Position numbers and translations under genes: made by a program | Shown here: one piece after another, positions 56,198 through 64,000 of the stretch | Layout: every line of letters begins with the position of its first letter | Position numbering within the stretch: position 1 is the stretch's first letter | From: Verrucomicrobiaceae bacterium | GTDB lineage: Bacteria; Verrucomicrobiota; Verrucomicrobiia; Verrucomicrobiales; Verrucomicrobiaceae | NCBI GenBank assembly: GCA_027487315.1 | Contig: JAIYDW010000062.1 | Location: 26,043 to 90,042 of the forward strand | Length of the DNA: 64,000 bases | Direction: 5' to 3' | The notes under the pieces: model-generated | Told to the model about the DNA's origin: nothing | The model's database searches: none | Seen by the model: the letters and a program-made list of their open reading frames with translations, nothing else

Positions 56198-57217
56198 TTA
56201 GAATTGGCGGAGGAAGCGGAGGTCGTTTTCGATGAGGTGGCGGATGTCGGTGATGCCGTGGAGGATCATGGCGAGGCGGTCGAGGCCGAGGCCGAAGGCG
56301 AAGCCGGTGATTTCGGTGGGGTCGAAGAGGGTGTCTTTGCGGCTTTGACTGACGGCTTCGAAGACGGCGGGATCGACCATGCCGCAGCCGGCGATTTCGA
56401 TCCAGCGATCCTCTTTGCCTTTGGCTTCGAGTTTGACGTCGATTTCGAAACTGGGTTCGGTGAAGGGGAAGAAGTGGGGGCGGAAACGGACGGCGGTTTT
56501 GGGGCCGAAGATTTCGCGGAAGAAGTATTCGAGGGTACCCTTCAAGTCGGCGAGGGAGACGTCTTTGTCGACGTAGAGGCCTTCGAGTTGATTGAAGACG
56601 GAGAGGTGGGTGGCGTCGATTTCATCGCGCCGGTAAGCGGCTCCGGGGGCGATGATGCGGACGGGGAGTTCTTTGGCGGATTCCATGGTGCGAATCTGCA
56701 CGCTTGAGGTGTGGGTGCGGAGGAGGCGACCGTCGTTGAGGTAGAAGGTGTCGCTCTCGTTGCGGGCGGGGTGATCGGCTGGGGTGTTGAGGGCGTCGAA
56801 ACAGTGCCATTCGGTCTCGACTTCGGGGCCTTCGGCGAGGGCGAAGCCCATGCGGCGCAGGGTGGTGATGGCGAGGTGGCGGATCTGGGTGAGGGGGTGA
56901 AGAGAGCCGATGCCGAGGCCTGGGCGGCCGGGGAGGGTGATGTCGAGTCCGGAGACGGAAGCGGCGTCTTTGGTGGCTTGGAAAGCGAGCTGGCGGGAGG
57001 TGATGCCATCGGTGATGGCGGTGCGGACTTCATTGAGTTTGGCGCCGACGTCTTTTTTGAGGTCGGGGGGGACATCCTTCATGCCCGAGCTGAGGGCGGT
57101 GAGCTTGCCTTTTTTGCCGAGGAAGTCGATGCGGAGGGCTTCGAGGGCGGACTCGTCGGAGGCGGCCTCGAGGGCGGCGAGGGCTTCGGTGTGGAGGGAG
57201 GTGAGGTCGGAGAGCAT
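56198..57217 (-). CDS. pheS: Phenylalanine--tRNA ligase alpha subunit
   Basis: 339 aa with class II core motifs (...FRPHFFPFTEPS..., GCGMVDP). Confidence 0.95.
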   Translation of the reverse strand: MLSDLTSLHTEALAALEAASDESALEALRIDFLGKKGKLTALSSGMKDVPPDLKKDVGAKLNEVRTAITDGITSRQLAFQATKDAASVSGLDITLPGRPGLGIGSLHPLTQIRHLAITTLRRMGFALAEGPEVETEWHCFDALNTPADHPARNESDTFYLNDGRLLRTHTSSVQIRTMESAKELPVRIIAPGAAYRRDEIDATHLSVFNQLEGLYVDKDVSLADLKGTLEYFFREIFGPKTAVRFRPHFFPFTEPSFEIDVKLEAKGKEDRWIEIAGCGMVDPAVFEAVSQSRKDTLFDPTEITGFAFGLGLDRLAMILHGITDIRHLIENDLRFLRQF

Positions 57218-57233
57218 CGGCGTTCTGTTTGGG

Positions 57234-57270
57234 ACAGGATTGACAGGATTTGAGGATTAACGGGATTTTT
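57234..57270. repeat. Phased GGATT array (four units) 14-55 nt upstream of the pheS start
   Basis: GGAT starts at 57237, 57246, 57254 and 57263. It shares a 17-nt identity with 43957-43973. Confidence 0.9.
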
Positions 57271-57311
57271 GCGGTCGGGAGGACTGGCTGGGGAGTGGGT
57301 CTTGCGCTGAC

Positions 57312-57344
57312 AAGAAAACAGCCGGGGCGTGAGGGCCCCGGCTG
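57312..57344 (-). terminator. Rho-independent terminator after rplT
   Basis: 10-bp GC-rich stem CAGCCGGGGC / GCCCCGGCTG (57319-57328 / 57335-57344). On the minus strand it is followed by TGTTTTCTTG. Confidence 0.75.
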
Positions 57345-57380
57345 TGGTTTGAATTGAAGTTTCCTGGGTGGAGCCGGGGT

Positions 57381-57764
57381 TTAGGCGGCCTTGGCTTGGG
57401 AAGCCTTTTGGACGAGGGCTTCTTTGGCTTTGGCGATCAAGGTTTCGACGGCGGCTTCATCAGTGACGGCGAGGTCGGCGAGGACTTTGCGGTCGATTTC
57501 GATGCCGGCGGCCTTGAGGCCTTCCATAAATCGGCTGTAGGAGAGACCGTGAGCACGAGTGGCGGCGTTGATGCGCTGGATCCACAGGTTGCGGAAGGTG
57601 CGTTTCCGGACTTTACGGTCGCGGTAGTTGTAGACCATGGCTTTCCGCACGGCGTCTTTGGCGTAGCGGAAGTTGGTGGAACGGAAGCCGCGGAATCCTT
57701 TGGCTTTATCGATGGTGCGCTTGCGGCGCTTGCGACTGGCTGGTGAGTTGGTTGCTCTAGGCAT
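57381..57764 (-). CDS. rplT: 50S ribosomal protein L20
   Basis: [26 protein letters not shown]...[11 protein letters not shown]... Confidence 0.95.
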   Translation of the reverse strand: MPRATNSPASRKRRKRTIDKAKGFRGFRSTNFRYAKDAVRKAMVYNYRDRKVRKRTFRNLWIQRINAATRAHGLSYSRFMEGLKAAGIEIDRKVLADLAVTDEAAVETLIAKAKEALVQKASQAKAA

Positions 57765-57891
57765 TTGGTTTTGTCATTGAGGGGACTGTTTTTGTTAAGA
57801 GCGACGTTTGATCTCATCCTCTCGAAGAACCACCGGGGCGGTTCAGATCAAGACGTCGTGGTCCCGGAGGGGGACCGTGGGGCTTCATTGA

Positions 57892-58101
57892 TCAGGCGAA
57901 CGGCATGTTCGCTTTGATCGCTGGAGCGTCCACTTCGGCCACTAGGGCTACTTTGCCCAGATTGCGTTTCCGTTTGCGGTTCTTGTTTTGCAACAGGTGG
58001 CGCTTGCCTTTTTTGCGGCGGAGCACTTTGCCTGATGCAGTCAACTTGAACCGTTTGGAGACGGCTTTCCGGGTTTTGGCGATGCCTGCGTTTTTGGACA
58101 T
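57892..58101 (-). CDS. rpmI: 50S ribosomal protein L35
   Basis: Trimmed to ATG 58101: MSKNAGIAKTRKAVSKRFKLTASGKVLRRKKGKRHLL... Confidence 0.9.
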   Translation of the reverse strand: MSKNAGIAKTRKAVSKRFKLTASGKVLRRKKGKRHLLQNKNRKRKRNLGKVALVAEVDAPAIKANMPFA

Positions 58102-58208
58102 AGGGGCCGAGAGGGTAGAGGCTTTTCTCAAACCTGCAAGAGCTTTTTGGAAGGGTTTTTCGAGGTTGGGGTTGTGCGGGTGTGGGATCGGGGGTTGGAT
58201 GGGGTTTG

Positions 58209-59273
58209 ATGTTGGAGCGGTTGTCGGTTCGTGATTTTCGATGTTTTGACCGGGTGCAGGTGGAACTGGACCCGGAGATGACGGCGTTGGTGGGGCGGAA
58301 CGGGCAAGGGAAGACGTCGCTTCTGGAGGCTGCGTGTGTGCTTTTGAGGCTGCAGTCGCCGAGAACGTCGAGTCGGGAGGAGTGGATTCGGTTTGGGCAG
58401 ACGGCGGCGGTGGTGGAGGGGAGGTGGGGGGAGCTGGACCTGCGGGTGGCGGTGACGGAGAAGGCGAGGCGGTTGGCGGTGGATGGGGCTGTGTGCGGGC
58501 GGGCGGGCGAGTATTTGGAGAGGTCGGGGGTCGTGGTTTGGATGGATCACTCGGACATGAATCTGCTGCGGGGAGGGGGGGAGCATCGGCGGCGGTTTCT
58601 GGATTTTGCGGGGAGTCAGGCGTTTGCGGACTATTTGCCGGCGTTGCGGGCGTATGAGCGGGCTTTGCGGGGGAGGAACTATGTGTTGAAGCGGGATGCG
58701 GTGATTGCGTGGAAGGAGGCGGAGGCGTTTGGGCGGGTGATGGCGGAGCATGCGCGGGTGTTGACGGGGCGCCGGGCGGAGTTGTGTGAGGCGATGCGGC
58801 TGCCGGTGGCGGATTTTCATGCGCGGGTAAGCGGGGGGGAGGAGGTGGTGCAGCTGGGCTACACGGCGGGATCCGAGGGGGAGGATTTGGGCGAGGAGCT
58901 TTTGGGTTGGCGGGATGAGGAGGCGAGGTTGCGGGTGACGTTGAGGGGTCCGCATCGGGACGATTTGGAGATGAGGCTGAGGGGACAGGATGCGCGGGCG
59001 TTCGCGTCGGAGGGTCAGCAGCGGACTTTGGCGCTGGCGATGAAGTTGTCGCAGGCGCGGGTTTTGTTTGAGTTGCGGGGGCAGGCGCCGTTGCTGCTGG
59101 TCGACGATGTTTTTGGGGAATTGGACGTGGAGCGGCGGAGGGCGTTTTTGAATTGCCTGCCTTCGGGGACGCAGAAGATTTTGACGACGACGCGGATGGA
59201 TTGGATGGGGGACGAGGTGATGGGGGGGCGGGTTTATGAGGTGGCTGGGGGAGGTGTCGGGTTGGTGGGTTGA
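58209..59273 (+). CDS. recF: DNA replication and repair protein RecF
   Basis: [13 protein letters not shown]..., Walker [14 protein letters not shown], signature [23 protein letters not shown]. Confidence 0.9.
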   Translation: MLERLSVRDFRCFDRVQVELDPEMTALVGRNGQGKTSLLEAACVLLRLQSPRTSSREEWIRFGQTAAVVEGRWGELDLRVAVTEKARRLAVDGAVCGRAGEYLERSGVVVWMDHSDMNLLRGGGEHRRRFLDFAGSQAFADYLPALRAYERALRGRNYVLKRDAVIAWKEAEAFGRVMAEHARVLTGRRAELCEAMRLPVADFHARVSGGEEVVQLGYTAGSEGEDLGEELLGWRDEEARLRVTLRGPHRDDLEMRLRGQDARAFASEGQQRTLALAMKLSQARVLFELRGQAPLLLVDDVFGELDVERRRAFLNCLPSGTQKILTTTRMDWMGDEVMGGRVYEVAGGGVGLVG

Positions 59274-59479
59274 GGTGGAGTGATTACGGAAATTATTATA
59301 GAGGCATTAACCAAACTTGCCTTGACGGCTTCTGGGGGGGGCCTAGTTTGAGAGCTCCCTCTATAATGGTGGTCGCACGGTTTCTTGTGATCCCTGGAAT
59401 TTCTAGATTCGGCGCGTTCTGCGTTTGGGTCTTGGGGGTGGCTTTCGTTTTTTTAACCTTTTATTCTTATCATTTACTC

Positions 59480-60511
59480 ATGCTTGGCAGACTTTTTGGA
59501 TTTGTCGCAAAGGACATTGGAATCGACCTTGGAACCGCAAACACGCTCGTTTACGTCAAAGATCACGGTATTGTGCTGCGGGAGCCTTCGGTGGTTGCCG
59601 TTAGGACGGGCACGAACGAGGTCGTGGCGGTTGGGGATGATGCGAAGCGGATGCTGGGTCGGACGCCGGGAGGAATCACGGCGATTCGGCCGCTCAAAGA
59701 TGGTGTGATTGCGGACTTCCGGGTGACAGAAGCGATGCTGCGTCATTTCATTCGCAAGGTGCACAACAATCGGCGCGCCTGGCGTGGGCCGAGAGTGGTG
59801 ATTGCGGTTCCCTCAGGGATCACTGAAGTGGAGAAGCGGGCGGTGCGGGAGAGTGCGGAGCAGGCGGGGGCACGGGAAGTGCACTTGATCGAGGAGCCGA
59901 TGGCGGCGGCGATCGGGGTGGGCTTGCCGGTGCAGGAGGCAGCAGGGAACATGATCGTTGATATCGGCGGTGGCACCACGGAGGTGGCGATCATTTCGCT
60001 GTCGGGAATCGTTTACAGTCGGAGTGTTCGCGTGGCGGGAGATGAGCTTGATGAGGCGATGATCAGCTACATGAAGCGGGCTTACAATTTGATGATTGGT
60101 GAGCGGACGGCTGAGGAGATCAAGCTGCGCATTGGGTCGGCATTCCCGATGGGCAAGGAGACGACGATGGAAGTGAAGGGGCGTGACATGGTGGCGGGTC
60201 TGCCGAAGACGATAGTGATCACGAGTCAGGAAGTGCGTGAGGCGATGCTAGAGCCGCTGAATGCGATCATTGATGCGGTGCGGACAACGCTGGAGCGATG
60301 CCCGCCTGAATTGTCTGCTGACTTGGTGGATCGTGGGATCATGCTGGCGGGTGGTGGTGCTTTGTTGCGAGGGCTGGACAAGCTGCTTGCAGAGGAAACC
60401 TCGTTGCCGGTGCACATTGCAGAGGATCCGCTGAGCGCTGTGGGTGAAGGGACGGGCCGTGTGCTCAACTCGTATGAATTCCTGCGCAAGGTGAGCACGC
60501 TGGAAGTCTAA
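59480..60511 (+). CDS. mreB: Rod shape-determining protein MreB
   Basis: Trimmed to ATG 59480: [25 protein letters not shown]..., [10 protein letters not shown]. The 206-bp AT-rich region upstream is non-coding. Confidence 0.95.
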   Translation: MLGRLFGFVAKDIGIDLGTANTLVYVKDHGIVLREPSVVAVRTGTNEVVAVGDDAKRMLGRTPGGITAIRPLKDGVIADFRVTEAMLRHFIRKVHNNRRAWRGPRVVIAVPSGITEVEKRAVRESAEQAGAREVHLIEEPMAAAIGVGLPVQEAAGNMIVDIGGGTTEVAIISLSGIVYSRSVRVAGDELDEAMISYMKRAYNLMIGERTAEEIKLRIGSAFPMGKETTMEVKGRDMVAGLPKTIVITSQEVREAMLEPLNAIIDAVRTTLERCPPELSADLVDRGIMLAGGGALLRGLDKLLAEETSLPVHIAEDPLSAVGEGTGRVLNSYEFLRKVSTLEV

Positions 60512-60584
60512 GACGGTGATGCTGACGGACGCCTGAAGGTGTTGCGAGTTTAATCAAATCCGGACCTGAGCAAGGACAACTGCG

Positions 60585-61397
60585 ATGAGGAAACTGAATG
60601 TGCTAGCTGTGGTGCTGTTTGTGGCATCTTTGGTGGCCGTTTTCATGTTGAACACGCCGACGACACGGCGCATTCAGGAGCGCGTCCTGGCGGTGTTTGC
60701 GCCGTTTGTGCATTCGAGTGCGGCAGTGGGTGATGCGGTGGAGGCGGTATCGGCGCCGGGGATGGACTCCGTGGAATTGGCTGAGCGCAACGAGCAATTG
60801 CGAATGGAGGTGCAGCGGTTGCGGATCATTGCACAGAAGTACAATCAGTTGGTGGATGAGAATGGGCAGTTGAGAAAGGTTTTGGAATTCAAGGGTGCCT
60901 CCCCATTCAAGATGACTGCGGCACGGGTGATCAAGCGTTCGTCGACGACCTGGTGGAACACGTTGTTGATTGATAAAGGATCGCTGGATGGGATCGGCAC
61001 CGACAGTCCGGTGATTACGGAGCAGGGGTTGGTCGGCAAGACGGGGAAGTTGGCGCCGCACATGGCTGAGGTCATTCTTTTGACCGATGAGATGTGTCGG
61101 GTGTCGGCAAAAGTTGAAGGGACTCTTGAGCAAGGTATTCTTGCTGGAGAGCGTGCAGGTCTGGACATGGTGCCGAACCTGCATTTGCGTTTTTTGAGTC
61201 GCAATGCGCCGATCAATGCGGGTGCGAATGTTTATTCGTCAGGAGATGGAGGGGTGTTTCCGGCGAATCTTTTGTTGGGTCGAGTGATTCGTTTTCAGAA
61301 CCGGGATATCTCGGGTGAAGCGCTGGTGAAACCGGCGGTGGATTTCTCGGCATTGGACCACGTGTTTGTAATCGAGATGCAGGAGATTCTGCAATGA
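60585..61397 (+). CDS. mreC: Rod shape-determining protein MreC
   Basis: N-terminal anchor, a coiled-coil (LAERNEQLRMEVQRL) and a beta-barrel domain (SPVITEQGLVGKT..., VYSSGDGGVFP). Confidence 0.85.
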   Translation: MRKLNVLAVVLFVASLVAVFMLNTPTTRRIQERVLAVFAPFVHSSAAVGDAVEAVSAPGMDSVELAERNEQLRMEVQRLRIIAQKYNQLVDENGQLRKVLEFKGASPFKMTAARVIKRSSTTWWNTLLIDKGSLDGIGTDSPVITEQGLVGKTGKLAPHMAEVILLTDEMCRVSAKVEGTLEQGILAGERAGLDMVPNLHLRFLSRNAPINAGANVYSSGDGGVFPANLLLGRVIRFQNRDISGEALVKPAVDFSALDHVFVIEMQEILQ

Positions 61398-61419
61398 ACT
61401 CTGGAGGCGACTGACACTC

Positions 61420-62034
61420 ATGCTGTTCAACTCGGTGGTCTTGATCTTGCTGCTGCTGTCCTTTGGGCTGCAAGAGTTCGTGCCTGCGGTGCCGATTGCG
61501 TATCACGCGAGGCTGTTTTTGCCGGCGGTGTTTTTCTTTACCTCAGCGGTGGCGACCTCGTTTCCGATGATGCTGCTGTTGGCGTTTGTAACGGGATTTT
61601 TGTGGGATGCGCGTTTTTTGCCAGCGCCGATGGCGAGTCCAGATGAGGCGTTGGCGTTGATGGAGGGAGTGGAAAGGCAGTTCACGGGGATGGGCAGCGG
61701 AGAGGTGATGTTTGGGATGTCGATCGTGTTTTTTGGATTGTTTGGCACCTTGATGCAGGGGGTGCGCCCGTTGTTTAAAAGGGGGCGGCTGGAGTTGCCT
61801 GTCGTGATGATTGGGATCGCAGTGTTTGGGTGGCTCTTGAGTCAGTATTTGATGATTACTTTCATTAGAGGAAGTTTTAGCTTTCCACCGGCGGTGTGGT
61901 CAAAGATGATCACGGATACCTTGCTGGCGATGTTAGTGGCACCGTTGTTGTTTTTGCTGCTGCATGCTTTGGCACGGTGGATGAGGTTCGAAATCCGATA
62001 CGACGGGTTACGTCATTATTCTCATGGTCGTTAG
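61420..62034 (+). CDS. mreD: Rod shape-determining protein MreD
   Basis: Polytopic 204-aa protein in the canonical position between mreC and mrdA. It overlaps the mrdA start by 11 nt. Confidence 0.7.
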   Translation: MLFNSVVLILLLLSFGLQEFVPAVPIAYHARLFLPAVFFFTSAVATSFPMMLLLAFVTGFLWDARFLPAPMASPDEALALMEGVERQFTGMGSGEVMFGMSIVFFGLFGTLMQGVRPLFKRGRLELPVVMIGIAVFGWLLSQYLMITFIRGSFSFPPAVWSKMITDTLLAMLVAPLLFLLLHALARWMRFEIRYDGLRHYSHGR

Positions 62035-64000
62035 ATACAAATTCAGACTTTACCTGTTCAGCCTGCTCATGCTGGCGGGGTTCTTTCTGCTTGTGTATCG
62101 GCTGTGGTCTTTGCAGATCGACCGGCATGCTGAGTTTGCGAAGATGGTGCGCGTGGGAAGTGAATTGAAGGCGAGGATTCCGGGAGTTCGGGGCGAGATC
62201 AAGGATCGCAACGGGATCACTCTGGCGACGAATCGAGCGATCTTTGAAGTGCGGATCAATCTCGGGGAGATGCTGAATGAGTACAACCGGTTGGTGCGGA
62301 TTGGACAAATGAAGGAAGTGCCGCCGTTCACTCACAATGTGACGGAGCGTGGGATCATGCGGGAGCGGTCGGAGCCGGATGTGGCGCAGATTTTCAAGCA
62401 GACGATCATGCGCAGGTTGGGCGAGATTGGTTTGGAGGCGAGGAGTTTTAATGCGGATGAGGACATGCGGATTCATTTCCGGACTTTTGCGAGCATTGTG
62501 CCGTGGGTTTACCGGAAGGATGTCACATTCACGGAGTTTAGCCGATTTGCGGAGCACAACTTGGGCTTGCCCGGCGTGACGGTGGCTGAGAGGGCGGTGA
62601 GAGAGTATCCTTATCAATCGCTGGCGAGTCACATTTTGGGCTACGTTCGCTTGCCGGAGGATCAGCGGGTGACCGAAGAGGAGAAAGAGGAATGGGATCG
62701 ATATCTGCCCGACGACTTTGGAGGTGAAGGGGTAGAGAAGAGTTTTGACGAGTATCTGAAGGGCAAGCCAGGTGTGCGCACGATGAAGGTGAGCGAGCGT
62801 GGTCGCTTGGTGGGTGAGGTCAGCTTCAAAGAACCACGCAAGGGTAATGATGTGTATTTGACCATTGATGCGCGCATTCAATACATCGCAGAGAAGGCTT
62901 TGAGAGATGGCGGCATTGGAAGGGGAGCGGTGGTGGTGATCGAGCCAAACAGTGGAGAGGTTTTGGCGATGGCCTCCGTGCCTTCCTACAATCCAAACAA
63001 ATTCATTCCGAGCATCAGCACGAAGGACTATCGCGAATATCTCGATAACCCGGTGAATCCGCTCTTCAACCGAGCGGTGCAAGCTTATGCACCGGGTTCG
63101 ACGTTCAAGATCCCGATCGCATTTGCGGGGTGTTTGGCCGATATCCAGGGGCGCAGTTACAGTTGTCCGGGTGGTGTCCAGTATGGGAACAAGACCATGC
63201 ATTGTTGGATCGCTCAAAAGGGTGGGTCACACGGGTCATTGGGGCTGAGTGATGCGATCATGAGGTCATGCAATTGCTTCTTCTACCGGTATGGCAATGC
63301 GGCGGGCATCAATAACATCACCAAAGCGTGTCAGATGCTTGGAGTGGGAGTGAAGACGGGGATTGAGTTGGAGGCGGATACTCCAGGGGTGTTGCCGAAT
63401 CCAGAGTGGTTGCAATTGAACCTTCCAAAAGAACGGTGGAGTGACGGGTTTACCGCGAACACCTCGATTGGGCAGGGGTTTGTTTTGGCGACCCCATTGC
63501 AGATGGCGTCGGTGGTGGCGACGGTAGCCAATGGCGGGAAGTCGTATCGACCGCATCTGCTCAAGCGGGTGATGGATGGTGATACGTTGGTGAAGGAGCA
63601 GCAACCGGAGGAGTTGGCGAGCTTGGAGAAGGAAGGGATCACGCCGCAGGAGATTGAGCTCATCCGCAAGGGCATGTGGAAGGTGGTGAACGCGCCGAGT
63701 GGCACAGCGCGTGGTGCCCAGATTCCGAATGTGGAGGTCGCGGGTAAGACGGGGACGGCGCAGGCCTGGCGACCTGACAAGGGGAAGTCGATCAAGGACA
63801 ACCATACGTGGTTTATCTCTTTTGCGCCGTATGTGAAGCCGAAATATGCCGTCTGCATTCTGGTGCAGGGGGGGTATTCTGGCGGGGGAACGGCGGCGCC
63901 GGTGGCGAAGCGAGTGTTGGAACAGGCGCTGGCCCTTGATCATGGGTATGAGGTGAAGATTGAGCCGATCCCGGAGGAGAAGGGTAACTTCAATCAGGTG
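62024..64000 (+). CDS. mrdA: Penicillin-binding protein 2 (elongasome transpeptidase). The 3' end runs off the window.
   Basis: Hand translation from ATG 62024: MVVRYKFRLYLFSLLMLAGFFLLVYRLWSLQIDRH.... Motifs STFK, SCN and KTGTA are present. It is not in the ORF track because there is no stop in the window. Confidence 0.9.
   Translation, partial: MVVRYKFRLYLFSLLMLAGFFLLVYRLWSLQIDRHAEFAKMVRVGSELKARIPGVRGEIKDRNGITLATNRAIFEVRINLGEMLNEYNRLVRIGQMKEVPPFTHNVTERGIMRERSEPDVAQIFKQTIMRRLGEIGLEARSFNADEDMRIHFRTFASIVPWVYRKDVTFTEFSRFAEHNLGLPGVTVAERAVREYPYQSLASHILGYVRLPEDQRVTEEEKEEWDRYLPDDFGGEGVEKSFDEYLKGKPGVRTMKVSERGRLVGEVSFKEPRKGNDVYLTIDARIQYIAEKALRDGGIGRGAVVVIEPNSGEVLAMASVPSYNPNKFIPSISTKDYREYLDNPVNPLFNRAVQAYAPGSTFKIPIAFAGCLADIQGRSYSCPGGVQYGNKTMHCWIAQKGGSHGSLGLSDAIMRSCNCFFYRYGNAAGINNITKACQMLGVGVKTGIELEADTPGVLPNPEWLQLNLPKERWSDGFTANTSIGQGFVLATPLQMASVVATVANGGKSYRPHLLKRVMDGDTLVKEQQPEELASLEKEGITPQEIELIRKGMWKVVNAPSGTARGAQIPNVEVAGKTGTAQAWRPDKGKSIKDNHTWFISFAPYVKPKYAVCILVQGGYSGGGTAAPVAKRVLEQALALDHGYEVKIEPIPEEKGNFNQV

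Noticed and set aside
57218-57312. pheM-type Phe-rich leader peptide or attenuator upstream of pheS
   Set aside because: The sense strand of the leader contains no ATG or short ORF and no Phe codon run. The region is occupied by the GGATT array instead.
59322-59367. TTGACG (59322-59327) and TATAAT (59362-59367) upstream of mreB, as a sigma-70 promoter
   Set aside because: The two hexamers are 34 nt apart, so they cannot form one promoter. Each lacks a good partner at 16-18 nt. A promoter probably lies in this AT-rich 206-bp region, but I cannot place it.
61985-61996. GGTTCGAAATCC, a T-arm-like sequence
   Set aside because: It has an extra A relative to the tRNA T-loop consensus and no acceptor, D or anticodon arms around it. 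It lies inside the mreD coding sequence.

Overview
High-GC bacterial chromosomal segment. Gene content (BatA/DUF58/vWA cluster, secreted sulfatases, DUF502, DUF5684, fused membrane/spermidine-synthase-like protein) suggests a PVC-superphylum, Verrucomicrobiota-like organism; this is inference only. I support 57 protein-coding genes, about 39 kb on the minus strand and 21 kb on the plus strand. Nearly all are housekeeping: moeA, sucA-sucB, leuS, glgB, mcsA-mcsB-clpC, nadC, a class A PBP, tatA, parB, ilvC, two sulfatases, tatD, lnt, hisS, pheS-pheT, rplT-rpmI, recF and mreB-mreC-mreD-mrdA. Two CDS run off the window ends and are missing from the ORF track: a transglutaminase-like gene at 1-925 (-) and PBP2 at 62024-64000 (+). 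Many track ORFs are N-terminally over-extended, so I re-set starts by hand. I saw no rRNA, tRNA, CRISPR array, transposase or integrase. Five intrinsic terminators are readable. The notable points are: (1) a very strong G>C bias of the plus strand that holds whatever the gene orientation and flips codon choice between strands; (2) a family of GGATT/GATTGCG-type short tandem repeats and an ~85-nt homologous spacer module directly upstream of several minus-strand genes, including a 29-nt identical motif abutting the start codons of two non-paralogous BatA/vWA genes and a heptamer array inside one of those CDS; (3) a MoxR-less Bat-like cluster with a translationally coupled 74-aa ORF; (4) a Firmicute-style mcsA-mcsB-clpC module with no ctsR; (5) a 437-bp structured non-coding gap upstream of the lipoprotein-moeA pair; (6) two low-GC orphan membrane genes set among essential genes. 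No classical defence or mobile system is evident. The repeat/leader architecture and the strand asymmetry are the most unusual signals.
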